Positions 1 to 11,624 of a DNA stretch of 64,000 nt are shown one piece after another. The notes beneath the pieces are model-generated. The model had not been told where the DNA came from, did not search any database, and saw nothing but the letters and a program-made list of their open reading frames with translations. The stretch's first letter is position 1; every line of letters begins with the position of its first letter. The stretch is from NCBI GenBank assembly GCA_030295235.1, contig AP026164.1:248001-312000 (forward strand), given 5' to 3'. Source of the DNA: Fistulifera solaris. Its lineage: Eukaryota. The position numbers were made by a program, and so were the translations under genes.

Positions 1-221
1 GATGGGAAGGTGAAGAAGAAATGAAAAAGACGCTGGTAGGCAATGAGCAAACAAAGTCGGCAGCCTCTAGAAACCTTTTCTTTGCCGATGTTGCCAACTA
101 ATTCGGAATCAGCCCATCATCCTACTAGACAACAACGAAGAAAAACTTAACTATAGAGTACCTTTGTATTACGATCTGGTTTCTTCTATTATTTCCTTTT
201 TGTGGTCAATATTTGTGTTGT

Positions 222-1270
222 CTACGCTGTTGTAGGATCACCACGCTTGTCACCGTCCCAGTGATAAAAGCCTTTACCCGTCTTTCGACCCAGATTGCCT
301 GCATCCACCATAATTTTCAAACACTTGGGAATAACAAACGCGGATTCATTTGGATACTTTTCGACCCAACCTTTGGCAATGTAATAACAAGTATCCAATC
401 CAATGTAGTCCGCCAGATGCAAAGGACCCATGGGATGCCCTGCCCCCAGTTGCATCGAGATGTCGATATCCTTGATCGAGGCATCGGTTCGATCCATCAT
501 CAGCATTGCCTGCAGTAGTGCTGGCACCAAAAGACGATTCACAATGAATCCTGTCAAATTGATGTGAACGGCGGCTTCTTAAGAAAGGATACGCAAAGAG
601 AAAGAGTTGTACAGACAGAAAACGTACCTGGTGTGTCTCCACAAGAAACCGCCACCTTGCCAATATCACCCACCCAATTGTATGCCTTTTCAAAGACAGC
701 TGGATCTGTTTGTTTCGTTCGAATGACTTCTACCAGTTTCATGATTTGCACTGGATTAAAAAAGTGAACACCGACAAAGTTCTGCGGTCGTCCCGAAAAC
801 TGCGCCATTTCTGTAATGGACAGAGACGACGTATTCGACGCAAAGATCGTTTCCGGCTTGCAAGTTTCTCCTAGATTCGTGTAAAGACTTTGTTTGAGAT
901 CCATATTCTCAATGACAGCTTCCAAAATAAAATCTGTATCCGCCAAAAGTGCCATATCAGTGGTGAAGGTGATGCTTTGCAAAGCCTTATCGGCGTCTTC
1001 TTGTGACATCTTTCCCTTCGAAACCAGCTTGCCGATCGAACCTTGAATGCGTGCTTTACCACTGTCGAGATACTTCTGTTCCTGTTCAAATGCAATCACC
1101 TGAGAGTGTACACCGGAAGTAGCGGCCACCTGCGCGATGCCGTGACCCATCAAACCCAACCCAATCACACCGACTTTGTCAAATGCCACCGCAGTCGTCG
1201 CTGAGTACTGTCGGCCAGTCGTCTTGGCGATCCGAAAGAGAGTTCTAGTTATAGTGGAATGATTCAACAT
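222..1270 (-). CDS. HADH: 3-hydroxyacyl-CoA (3-hydroxybutyryl-CoA) dehydrogenase, mitochondrial; exons 1270-628 and 550-222
   Basis: GxGxxG (GLGLMG), EAVIEN, ASNTSSL, HFFNPV, MGPLHLADYIGLD, GRKTGKGFY. A GT-AG intron at 627-551 restores DTPGFIVNRLL. Basic N-terminal presequence. Confidence 0.93.
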
Positions 1271-2011
1271 GGTGTCTTGTTGTGCTTGAGTAACCTCAGG
1301 ACTTGTTACAAGTATGTGAAAGGGGAAGGCGAACAGTTTCGTGAAGACGATGTCAAAGGAACGCAATAAAAGAACGCGAAGTATCTTTCGATGGCTCATG
1401 GTATCACGAGCTCGTAATAGGTCATTTGAAGCCGGTACGACGCATCGTCACGGAAAGTTGACCTGCAAATATCCGGGTATCCCCTTACGAGATGCCACGT
1501 GAAATCTACTTACAAGTACGTAGACAATTTATGCGTCAAAACAGTCATGATAATTGAGTGTAGAGATCATTTGTTTCGTGTCGATTATTGTTAAGTGGTA
1601 CGCATCATCCACGTTGGTGATTACTATGATGGCTCTGGTGCAGGGTAGACCCACGAAGTGATTGATGTCGCAAATAGCCCATATTCATTCGGGTACCCCT
1701 ACATCAATACGACATTCGACGCCTTGCACCTTTCGCAGCTTTACGGTTTGAACTCAATTTAATACCGAATATTAAGCCTGAATATGACTTGTTTGCGTTG
1801 GTTGTGTTTAAAATGGTGACATTGGTGCAAACGAAAGCCGAAAATGGAGGAGGTCAAAACTCCACTATATCCGGGTTTCACTACGTCGAAAAAAAACGGA
1901 CGAGGAAAGACCACCGTCACTTTCCATTCATTTTCATTTTATTCGCAATTTTGAATGAAACAGCACTTGCTGGTTTGTTGATAGATACATTCGAATCACA
2001 ATCACAACAAC

Positions 2012-2980
2012 ATGTCCAAGCCAACCTCCCGCAAACGTCCTCGCGAGGAAGATCAACGTTCTTACGCACGTCGCTTGGTACATCAATGCCGGAAGGAACT
2101 GCACAAGCAGGCTAAGATTTGCCGAAATTTGGAATGTCAACGCTTATCACGCAAACTGAAGCAAGAGCACAAAGAGTCGCAAGCGACATTACTACAAAAA
2201 TGGAGGCATCTTCCACTTGATCCTGTTCTTGATTTGTGTTTGCGGCGATTGGGAATGTTGGATGTAGTCCAAATGGTCGTTGTTGTAGAGGAAAATGATG
2301 TGGGGAAAAAGAACAAAAAGGACAAGAGTACAGAGAAAATGGAGAAAGAATCAACGGAAAGTAGCAAAGACGGAGTTATCGAAGAAGGAGAACAGGATAA
2401 TGCGGTCGAGGCAGATGAATCCATGATCGAAAAGATTCTTGGTCAGAAGAAGATGCGGGATGCCATGGAAATTTGGAGTGTCAAAGTCGCTGAGTATCGA
2501 AAATGGTGTGCACGTCAGCAAGGGGCGGTTTCGACGGCGCATCAACCGTCCGATGATACAGATGAATTAAGCACTCCAGTTGATTCCAGTCACAGCTTAT
2601 TCATGACGTTGGGAAAGCAGGATGATGGCAAACAGAAGAAGAAAAAGAATAGACCGGGACAGAAAGCTCGTCAGGCCAAATCCGCCGAAGTGCCGGCACA
2701 AGCAAAAACAACATTCAAACCCAGGCAAAATAGCAACAAACAACAATCGACGAACGAGGAACTGCATCCGTCTTGGGAAGCTAGAAAAGCTCAGAAAGCA
2801 AGCATCGCATCCTTTCAAGGAAAGAAAATTACGTTTGGATCGGAGAGCAATAAAACAAACAATAACCTTAGCAAGAACGAAACTTCAGGAGAAGGTTACT
2901 TACATCCCTCCTGGGAAGCTCGAAAAACACAGAAAAACAGTATCGTTGCTTTCCAAGGAAAGAAAATCACGTTTGATTAA
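2012..2980 (+). CDS. BUD22: Bud22/SRFBP1-like ribosome biogenesis protein
   Basis: KKNRPGQKARQ, plus the C-terminal LHPSWEARK...FQGKKITF motif typical of the Bud22 family (present twice). Confidence 0.8.
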   Translation: MSKPTSRKRPREEDQRSYARRLVHQCRKELHKQAKICRNLECQRLSRKLKQEHKESQATLLQKWRHLPLDPVLDLCLRRLGMLDVVQMVVVVEENDVGKKNKKDKSTEKMEKESTESSKDGVIEEGEQDNAVEADESMIEKILGQKKMRDAMEIWSVKVAEYRKWCARQQGAVSTAHQPSDDTDELSTPVDSSHSLFMTLGKQDDGKQKKKKNRPGQKARQAKSAEVPAQAKTTFKPRQNSNKQQSTNEELHPSWEARKAQKASIASFQGKKITFGSESNKTNNNLSKNETSGEGYLHPSWEARKTQKNSIVAFQGKKITFD

Positions 2981-3022
2981 CTAGAGCACAATAATTCAAT
3001 AAAACGAAAGCATTTCTCAGTG

Positions 3023-3903
3023 TTACGATATTACACATTGACCGCTGCCGTATTTTTCATTCGCTCGTTCCACCTGCTTCAATCCAGATTCCGCATTTAC
3101 TTTGGATTCTTCCATTTGATTTTCGATGGTATCAATTTGTTCCTGTTGCGAACCAACAATATGTGCCAAGTCTTTGTAAATCTCATTAACTTGATGCATT
3201 CCTCTATTAATGTTTCGGATCTCTTCTTCGCGTTCGCGCATAATTTCTTCGGCAAGTCGCTGTTTTATGGAAGAAAGAGTGCGATAAGAGAATAAGAAAT
3301 GACGATGATTCGGAAGTACAACAAAGAACTAGGCTGCACGACTTACATCTTGTTGAATTTGTAGTTGCATCCGTTGATAAGAGTCTTCCGCCGTCTCGGG
3401 TGCCGCTGTATTATCTAGTATGCTCTTATTGGTGAGTTGTTGTTTTTGAGATTTCAAAATACGCTCCACACCGTCTTCAATAACTGTGACGCGCTGCTTC
3501 ACTCGTTCGAAATCACGTTGCAGTTTGGTCAGTGCGGTTGTTTGAGTTTGCTGTTGTAATAATTTCATAATTTTTTCCTGTAGTTGCTCTAATACATCCA
3601 TTTGTGCTCTATATTGCGCTTCTAATTCTTTTTGTTGCAGAGCTTTCGTGTTCGCTGTCAACGACTGCACAATCTTTTCCAGAATTCCCACATTTCGCTG
3701 TTCAAACGTGCGTGAGAAGACACCATATGAAAAAATACATGACGGAACTCCACGAATCTAGGTAAACCGCATACCTGATATTGCAGAAGCGTTTCGCTTA
3801 TATGGGAAAGAGAGTCTTTGGATGTTCGTGAGCTCGATGGTGAGCTTGGTTTGGCAGCAGAACTCTTTGTGGCGGGCCGGCTGCCGAAATCTTGAAACGA
3901 CAT
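3023..3903 (-). CDS. Syntaxin (Stx7/12/Pep12-like Qa-SNARE); exons 3903-3775, 3697-3347, 3259-3023; ends in CVIS
   Basis: MSFQD start, KLQRDF Habc segment, SNARE motif EREEEIRNI...VNEIYKDLAHIVGSQQEQIDTIE. Two phase-0 GT-AG introns join the ORFs. Confidence 0.88.
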
Positions 3904-4540
3904 ACTTATATAGACTGGGTTTTTCAAATAATTCCAGAACGCTTTCGAGCAAGGAGTGATCTGAAACCTCTTATCGTTGTCAATGGGTTGATAGGGCAAT
4001 CGAACGCAAAACTACAAGTATTGTCCTCAATAATTCGACGTTTTGCTAGGTGCGACTGTTCTTGCGTTCTTTTTCGCGTTGTCCGCGTTGTCGATGCAAT
4101 GATCGAACGTGGCTGAAAGCTCGCTGGTCAAGCTACACGAAAACTTAGTGTCAAAGTCAGTGGCGTTTTGTATTTAATAAATTTTATTATGCTGGCGCAC
4201 ATGTCATAGTCCTATGACACTCCGTCGTCCTAACAACAAGTACCGTGTGAAAACACTGTGTCGTGAAATGAGACCATTTTCGCCCGGACGAGGTAGACTC
4301 TTGTACAGCTAACAGAGTTTTAACGCCCTCTCGCATTTTCATGCGACTTTATAGCACCTATTGTCTGTCCGCGGACAGGGAAGGGACTGACAGTGAGCAG
4401 TGAGCAGAATCTATGCGCAAAACATCCACTGACCACAACAATAAACAAGCCATTCAACCATTATCCGTGATACTTAACTCCCTCAACTTGGTCTCTCTCT
4501 CCGTTCAGCTAACGAGTACCTATTTGTGTAAATTTTTCAA

Positions 4541-4963
4541 ATGGCAACCCGTGGCGTTTTCCAGTTAACCAAATTGCGATTGAATTACTGTGAGTTTTCC
4601 GGTTCGTCGGCCAGCGTTCGCGAGTATATTGGCAACGGTCCTTTGGTAGCTTGGGCTCGCAAACACGAGAATGTCGCCATTGAAGTTGTAGTACGAAATG
4701 GGAAGCATCCTTATGTAGAGGCAGAATACCAGCACAATACAACTCGACACCAAATTTGTCTTAAGAACAAACCAGATACGAAAGCGGTCGAGAAGGTATT
4801 CGATACATTGAGGAACCGCAGTGGGAGAAAGATTAGTAAAATTACGCAGCCCATCAAGACCAGTACACCCAGTATACAAGGAGTATGGACGCCGTTTTTG
4901 AATTTGCAGAATGAACCTAAGTTTAAGGTGCAACTGATGGGATCCAAATCGAACGTGGAATGA
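4541..4963 (+). CDS. MRPL43: Mitochondrial ribosomal protein mL43
   Basis: GVFQLTKLRLNYCEFSGSSASVREYI, HPYVEAEY, PSIQGVWTP. Confidence 0.88.
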   Translation: MATRGVFQLTKLRLNYCEFSGSSASVREYIGNGPLVAWARKHENVAIEVVVRNGKHPYVEAEYQHNTTRHQICLKNKPDTKAVEKVFDTLRNRSGRKISKITQPIKTSTPSIQGVWTPFLNLQNEPKFKVQLMGSKSNVE

Positions 4964-5808
4964 GGACCAACAACAATATCAGGATACGTCATTCAGTTAT
5001 TCACGAGCCATGACTTAAAAACGTAAAAGAATGTATACAAAGAGTCAACTAGCACGTTGTAGAAGTGTCAGTTCAAAGCGCGAACAGTCATTTCGTTTAA
5101 CAATCATCTTATGTTTCGATGCTTCCGTCAGCATGGCAAATGACAAGGTTAAGAAAGGTTGTACTGACTACTGTCTCTGCAACACAAATTCTCTGACCTT
5201 CCTGTTCATTTGAAATCCTTGCAATGATGATTCTTTGCGTCATAAATCCTTGTAAACTGTTCATTCGATAATTACTACCAATACTGGTTTTTAGACCCCA
5301 CCCCGAGTGTATTATCAACTTTACCACGACTGGATTTCAGTCATGAATCGAATTTCCTAGCTACTTTGTAGTGTGCTACCTAACGTTCCTCCGGTTTCCT
5401 AGCTCTATGAGCTACACAAATGTTCAACAAAGCTCAATTTACCCCAGATGACTTGGAAACAAATAAAGTAATCAACGATTGTTTGTGTCGGAAAGCTTTA
5501 TGAATTCGCAACGTCCGTACTTACTATATATGTAAAGTGTTGACCTTTTGCCACATTTTGTGAGGAACCTGAACCTCAATGAAGTGACGATGGATTGTTG
5601 ATTGTTGCGCGATACGCGGTGCGCGAGGATAGATTTTCACTTTTTACTTTTTACCCGAACGGTTTTGATTTTATCGCTTTCTTTTTCAACTTTCGTCTTA
5701 ACGATATGAGAGTTCTTTTTTTCCCTCAGAGACCGAAAGCAGCCGCACCAGAAGCACAGACAAATGACGACTCTTTATTGATTTCTAATCAACGTAAAAA
5801 CACTACAA

Positions 5809-6783
5809 ATGCTCTCTTTACAACGGCTCGTCACACACAGCACGCGTCGTTGGAGTTGTCGTCCTGTAGCACCACTGCGACCGCACGTGCGCACAATCAC
5901 GAATTTAGATCAAGACGCGGTGGCCGATTTGTTTGCGCAATATGCGGTCGAACGTAACGGGATCGTCTGCCTCGACAAGAATGATCTGCATGCGTTGCGT
6001 GCGGGCATTGGGGAAGATACTGCGGCGAGCGATTCCGTATGTGAACTCTTTCAAGTTGCCGATTTGGATGGCAACGGCTACATTGATTTGGATGAGTTTC
6101 TAGAAAATGCTCCGGTTCTTTTGGAAAGTAATCCAGCTCGTATTATTATTGTGGTCGGTGGACCGGGTAGTGGTAAAGGACTATTGTGTAGTCGACTGGC
6201 GGCCGAATGTGGTGTCGTGCATCTTTCATCCGGAGATTTGTTGCGGAATGAAGTAGAACGACAGAGTCCACTGGGAAGAGAAGTCAAAGACATCATGGCT
6301 CGTGGTGAGCTGGTTTCCAGTGCTATTATTGTGACTTTGATGAAAAAACACATGGGAGCGCATTCCGGTAAACGAGTTCTCCTCGATGGCTTCCCTCGTT
6401 CGGTCGAAAATGCAAGAGATTTGACGCGCTTATGCGGCGTTCCCGAGTTAGCCTTGCATTTAGATTGTGAAGACACGGTAATGTTGGAGCGTATCATGGA
6501 ACGAGGCAGTGCGAGTGTTGTAAGGCGACAAGATGACAATTTCCAAACAGCGATACGTCGGATTCGGACCTTTCACAAGTATCACAAAGCAACCATGGAA
6601 TGGCTACATGAGCAACACGTCCCTGTCGTCAACTTGGATTGTTCTGGGACACCAGAATCGGTGTGGAAACAGTTAATGGCGATAGGAAGATTGATGCGTC
6701 CGGCAGTCAAAGTCAAGTCAACAACAAATAGCAGCCTCGCGAATGATGACTGGAATCAAAATGCGGGAGGATTGAACCTGTAA
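5809..6783 (+). CDS. EF-hand-containing adenylate/UMP-CMP kinase, probable mitochondrial presequence
   Basis: EF loop DLDGNGYIDLDEF; P-loop GGPGSGKG, HLSSGDLLR, LLDGFPR, RQDDN. Confidence 0.9.
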   Translation: MLSLQRLVTHSTRRWSCRPVAPLRPHVRTITNLDQDAVADLFAQYAVERNGIVCLDKNDLHALRAGIGEDTAASDSVCELFQVADLDGNGYIDLDEFLENAPVLLESNPARIIIVVGGPGSGKGLLCSRLAAECGVVHLSSGDLLRNEVERQSPLGREVKDIMARGELVSSAIIVTLMKKHMGAHSGKRVLLDGFPRSVENARDLTRLCGVPELALHLDCEDTVMLERIMERGSASVVRRQDDNFQTAIRRIRTFHKYHKATMEWLHEQHVPVVNLDCSGTPESVWKQLMAIGRLMRPAVKVKSTTNSSLANDDWNQNAGGLNL

Positions 6784-7100
6784 TAAGACAACTCTTCTTA
6801 CCAACTCTAGCTCTTTACATTCAACAGAATGTAAAATCTATTGACTGCGGGAATACGTGTTTTCTCCTCAACACATGCATCGCCATGTGATAAAATAAAA
6901 TAATCTTTTGCGTTTATTTTCAACCAGCCAAAAATGAGCCCGTCTTTAGTAATCCTTGCCTACCTTACTGATCTAATAGTGATGCATTGCCGTCCATCCG
7001 CAATGCAAATATCTCTGAACTCTGGCGGCTTTCGCATTACTTTGTATGCAAGCATCGATGGTTAAATGTCCTGGATTTGTAGACTGTTGGCCGGTACCAC

Positions 7101-7121
7101 CACGACTGGAAATCAGTCGTG
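7101..7121. promoter_or_regulatory. Dyad element CACGACTG-N5-CAGTCGTG (representative of at least 7 copies)
   Basis: Perfect 8-bp arms here; other copies at 5325, 19646, 21997, 22695, 42388, 52458. Confidence 0.6.
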
Positions 7122-7280
7122 AGTCAATATGTGTGCTCATCGCGCGAGTCCGCATCGTTGCTTTTATGCGTTTCGCTTCTTGATCGAGATAAATAGTTAC
7201 TGATGAATCATCGTCTATAGCTACAATCGCCGAACGCATGAATATCATAGTTGGGTTGTGATCAGTGATGTTTCAGAGCC

Positions 7281-8492
7281 ATGATAATCAACAAACGTGA
7301 AGGCAAAATCGATCACTTTCTCGATTTTCTGCGAGAAAATCGACTGCCTAACATTGTGGAAGGTATTGCTTCTTGGATCATTTACGCGGTATTTATTTCG
7401 TTCTATACTGTTACCTATCTGTTATCGAAACCACAAAAGGCCTCATCGGTGAGTTTGGTAACCTTGGCTCGAAATGGACCTAATGTAGATGTCGCCGACG
7501 AAGCAGTGTCTCGTTTGGCCAATATCCCTGACAGGGACTTGATCACAACCATACGCTCCGACGAATCGTTACGACGACTCGCTTCGCAATTCATGCTTCA
7601 AACTCCGACCACTTTCACAGCACAACAATTGCACGACCGACTGGATGCGGTCTGGTTGGATTTACTTCGATTGCCACTCATGGAAGATGATGCAGCATTC
7701 AAATACAAAATTTCTCTCATTCTACCGGCTTATCGGGAATCGGGTCCGAATGTAGCACAAACATTACGACAGTGCTATAGACATACTGCTCAGCCCTCGA
7801 ATATCCAAGTCATTGTGGTCAATGCCGGACATTGCCCCGATTTGGAAACGGAATGTCGTGCCTGTCAGTCACTATTTGCTGATTTCCATATCGTATTATA
7901 CTATGGAAATGGAGGACGAGGTCCGTCTATGAATTGTGGTGCATCTCATGCCCAGGGAAAGTACTTGACATTTCTTCATTCCGATACGTCATTGCCACAG
8001 CAATGGGATCAGCGATTGATGGAGAAAATGCAAGAATGGCGTGATGGGTCGGTCATTCATGCTTGTACGTTTACATTTGGCCACACTCTTACCGGTGTTG
8101 ATCCACGGGAGCTTCCTTGGGGCTTGACTGTGAACCGTATTTGTGGCAATTTCCGTGCTCGTTTTCTGAAACTGCCTTACGGTGATCATGTCTTGTCCTT
8201 TCCGTCGACTTACTTTTGGTTTGTAGGCGGATTTCCCGAACAACCCATCATGGAGGACTATGTGATGATGGATTTGTTACGACGTCGTGCAGCTCTATTA
8301 CCAGAGCGCCTAGGATTCATCTTTCCCCCAGGGGCGCAATGCTCCATTCGTCGGTGGCAAAAATGGGGTGTCGTTTACGTGACATTGGTGAATGCTTTGG
8401 TGGTTTATCGATACAAGAATGGCTATTGGTATGCTGGTGATGTCTATGACTATTACTATCAAAGGCCGTTTCGCAGTAAGAAGAAGAGTTAG
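7281..8492 (+). CDS. GT2 glycosyltransferase, TIGR04283-like, with an N-terminal membrane anchor
   Basis: ISLILPAYRE, GRGPSMNCGA, FLHSDT, LPYGDH, GGFPEQPIMED, SIRRWQKWG. Confidence 0.85.
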   Translation: MIINKREGKIDHFLDFLRENRLPNIVEGIASWIIYAVFISFYTVTYLLSKPQKASSVSLVTLARNGPNVDVADEAVSRLANIPDRDLITTIRSDESLRRLASQFMLQTPTTFTAQQLHDRLDAVWLDLLRLPLMEDDAAFKYKISLILPAYRESGPNVAQTLRQCYRHTAQPSNIQVIVVNAGHCPDLETECRACQSLFADFHIVLYYGNGGRGPSMNCGASHAQGKYLTFLHSDTSLPQQWDQRLMEKMQEWRDGSVIHACTFTFGHTLTGVDPRELPWGLTVNRICGNFRARFLKLPYGDHVLSFPSTYFWFVGGFPEQPIMEDYVMMDLLRRRAALLPERLGFIFPPGAQCSIRRWQKWGVVYVTLVNALVVYRYKNGYWYAGDVYDYYYQRPFRSKKKS

Positions 8493-8723
8493 ATAAGAGC
8501 GAAAAGATTCCTTGGAAATCATAGGGAAAGGTTGTTCGTGAACGAACAATTCGTGACTGCGGCCACGAAACGTCATCCGTGTCAGCGCGCAAAAAATATC
8601 GCCAAAAGATATGCTCTATTTGCTGTGTTGGCATCCTTTACATTCACAATGCTGCCACTTCATCCACCAAGATCGCCATTGACACAATTATTACTGACCG
8701 CTCGCCGTTGCTTTCTCCACATC

Positions 8724-9243
8724 ATGAATCTCAAGTACACTGCTCTTCTCGTCGCTGGATTGTGCGCGGGCACCATCGCGTATTCTGCTACCAGCACCGA
8801 TCGCCGAAGTTTCCTGACGCAAGCCGTCGTGGGTGCGTCTTCCATCAGTGCCACTACCGTGGTCTCTACACCAGCCTTCGCAGCAGAAGACGATGGCTTT
8901 ATTACGACTGACAGCGGTCTCAAGTACAAAGTGATCAAGGAGGGAACGGGGGCATTCCGGCACCCGGCCAAACCGTCAAAGCCCATTACACAGGATGGTT
9001 GGATGGCTTTGATTCGCCAAAGAAGTTTGATTCGAGCCGTGATCGTGGTCGTCCTTTACCTTCCCTGTGGGAGCTGGACGCGTGATTCGCGGGTGGGATG
9101 AATGTTTCAGTACCATGTCGGTTGGTGAGCGCCGACAAATCATTATCCCTCCTCGTTTGGGATACGGTGATCGGGGAGCCGGCGGTTTGATTCCGGGAGG
9201 TGCTACTCTGTACTTTGACGTGGAACTGTTGGGATTGCTATAA
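8724..9243 (+). CDS. FKBP-type peptidyl-prolyl isomerase, thylakoid-lumen targeted (frameshifts at ~8952 and ~9056)
   Basis: Signal peptide + RRSFL...AFA lumen signal; [13 protein letters not shown]; shifted frames give [53 protein letters not shown]. Confidence 0.9.
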
Positions 9244-9522
9244 ACTGATTTATCACAAGCATTCATTGTAGAAACTACAGCTCTACAGTTTTATAGAGAT
9301 TTTCATCACTAGTCAAATGGTGCGCAACAAGTGCCGATCTTCAAATTTCTATTTGATGAGACATTGCTGTGGTTCGTTGCTATATGTGCCATAATAATTG
9401 ATTATTACGATAGCTATGGGTTTGATATTAATTTAGTCATCTCACTGTCAATTTTCTCAAAGCAACTCGTCTAAAATGGACGCATTCCATTCGCAACCGT
9501 CCTACAAATTACTGATGCCGCG

Positions 9523-10410
9523 CTACGATTCGCTCTTCATCTTTTTTCTTTTCTTCTTTTCTTTCTTTTCGGACTTCTTCTCTTTCTTGGATTTTTTTGC
9601 ATCTGACACGGGAGCATCGGGATCGTCTTCTTTCTTCATCTTCTTTCGTTCCGACTTCGGTGTATCTGTCTCCGCGTTTTTAATCTGTTCTCCGTCAGAC
9701 AAGAGATTTTCAGGGTCCTCTTTCATCACACGATTTGTATTGGAGAGGTGATGTATAAAAGGAGGATGAGATGCATCGTCGTCATTGCTTTCAGCTTTGA
9801 TCACTTTCTGCTTCGCCTGGTCATTATCTTGAATACTTCTCATTTTACGTTTCAAGGGTAGACTTGTCGCTACAGTAGTATTCCCTCCCAAGGGAGTCCA
9901 ACGTCGTTTCATGCCTTGTTTCTGCGGGACGGGGGCATAAGAGTGCCGTATAGAATTTTTCTCCGTAAGAGATGGAGCATTTTCTATGCTCGGTGCCAAC
10001 TCAAATTGCGATTGTTGTGGAATAGCGTGAAGAATAGTAGCATGTCGAGTAAAGGGAATATCGACGGGATACATGAAAGTTCCATCATCGTCATCACTGT
10101 CATCGGAATCGCCGTCGTTGGTTCTAGGAAGAATCATGCGAAAACCTTCCGATTCACGAACGTCACCCCACTGCATGGTAAATTTTTGGTGACCCTTTCG
10201 ACTAGAAAAGTCCACCACTTCATCGCTGCGTTGATGCTGCTGTTGCTGATTAAAGGGCAACCGCGCACCATTCAAATCCGCAAGATTGAAATCACGAGGC
10301 AACCTTAGAGTCCACAATTCAAAACGATCGGAATGAAAGTTGTCAGGTAAGCGAAATCTCGGTGGATCCAAGGTTTCTTCCACGTCATCCTCGTCTCGTG
10401 GCCGACTCAT
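9523..10410 (-). CDS. RNA polymerase I subunit A34.5 (RPA34/CD3EAP)-like
   Basis: ELWTLRLPRDFNLADLNG resembles the A34 N-terminal motif; Lys-rich C-terminal tail. Confidence 0.6.
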   Translation of the reverse strand: MSRPRDEDDVEETLDPPRFRLPDNFHSDRFELWTLRLPRDFNLADLNGARLPFNQQQQHQRSDEVVDFSSRKGHQKFTMQWGDVRESEGFRMILPRTNDGDSDDSDDDDGTFMYPVDIPFTRHATILHAIPQQSQFELAPSIENAPSLTEKNSIRHSYAPVPQKQGMKRRWTPLGGNTTVATSLPLKRKMRSIQDNDQAKQKVIKAESNDDDASHPPFIHHLSNTNRVMKEDPENLLSDGEQIKNAETDTPKSERKKMKKEDDPDAPVSDAKKSKKEKKSEKKEKKKRKKMKSES

Positions 10411-10907
10411 TCGGCAGAGTATATGGTTAGCTTTGTCTAGAAAATGGTAGTTTCTTTCAATGAAGAAAGGATGAATCATCGACGGTATCTGGTAATAAGA
10501 AATGTCGCAATCTCTCGTATTTTTCGTTGGCTATCATCTATGATTGGTGGAATAACGGACGGCGACAAGACTGTTTCATTTTCTTTCGTGACCAAATCTC
10601 CATCCTGAGTCGTCATGAGCATAAAAAAAAACATTTTGCAACAAAAAAAAAAGTTTTTAGTGTTAATGGGTCGTTTACAATAATGTCGAGTGTCCACGCA
10701 CTTGCAAATCGGTGTGTATGCTTTGGAGCTTTGAGTAATTGTATTGATGTGATGTTTCTTCATTAAAAGGCTCAAAGTCTTAACTTACGGCGCTACTCGA
10801 TCCCCCTTTCACCTCAGACCGTCTTGTCCAAGCGACGACGACCCGTAACTTATTTCCCATCGCCGCAGTGCACTGCCGTTTTTTTTGTTCGAACAGTATT
10901 CGATATC

Positions 10908-11624
10908 ATGTTTCGTTTGACGCACAATATTTCCATTTTGGGTTCTCCGGGTAGCGGAAAAGGCTTTTACGGCCGATTGCTAGCCCAGCACTGGAAAGTA
11001 CCTCTCGTTACGACGTCTGATATTTTGAAGAAACACGCCCAACGACATAGTAATCAATCTTTGGACATGGAGAGTGGGAAACTAGCGGATTGTCAGCTCG
11101 TTGCCGGCGTTCTATTGGAAAATCTTCGCGAACAGCATCAAATACAACGAACAAACAGTACAAGACCTTGGCACTGCATTCTGGATGGCTTTCCTCGGAC
11201 GACATTACAGATACAAATTATGCAAGAAACATGGCCAGTCGAGTATCAAATTCATGGAGGTTTGCATTTGAATGTACCGGATGAAGTGTGTCGACAAAAG
11301 TCACTCGGGCGACGGTTCTGTACGATTTGTCAGGATTTCGTCAATACGGCGAATGTACAAATGGATGATTGGGATCTTCCTCCGACGTATCCTAAACTAT
11401 GTTCCAAAGCGTGCGATCCCAAAACAGATTGGCTGCAACGCAAAGATGATGTTCTCGCTATCATACAAGCCCGCTTGGCAATGCATCATGAGCATGAAGA
11501 ACCGATCCTTGATTACTTTCGTCAGCACAATACGCTCTGTCAGTTTACTCCTTACAAAGGCGTCCGCGATTTTGATAAGTTGCGACTCAGTGCGGAAGAA
11601 TGGCTGCAAGCATTGACAGTTTGA
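10908..11624 (+). CDS. Adenylate kinase family protein with a Cys-containing lid
   Basis: ILGSPGSGKG, LDGFPRT, GRRFCTIC...CSKAC, QRKDD. Confidence 0.88.
   Translation: MFRLTHNISILGSPGSGKGFYGRLLAQHWKVPLVTTSDILKKHAQRHSNQSLDMESGKLADCQLVAGVLLENLREQHQIQRTNSTRPWHCILDGFPRTTLQIQIMQETWPVEYQIHGGLHLNVPDEVCRQKSLGRRFCTICQDFVNTANVQMDDWDLPPTYPKLCSKACDPKTDWLQRKDDVLAIIQARLAMHHEHEEPILDYFRQHNTLCQFTPYKGVRDFDKLRLSAEEWLQALTV

Noticed and set aside
4388..9450. TGACAGTGAG/CTCACTGTCA at 4388 and 9441
   Set aside because: Only two copies noticed; too few to argue enrichment.
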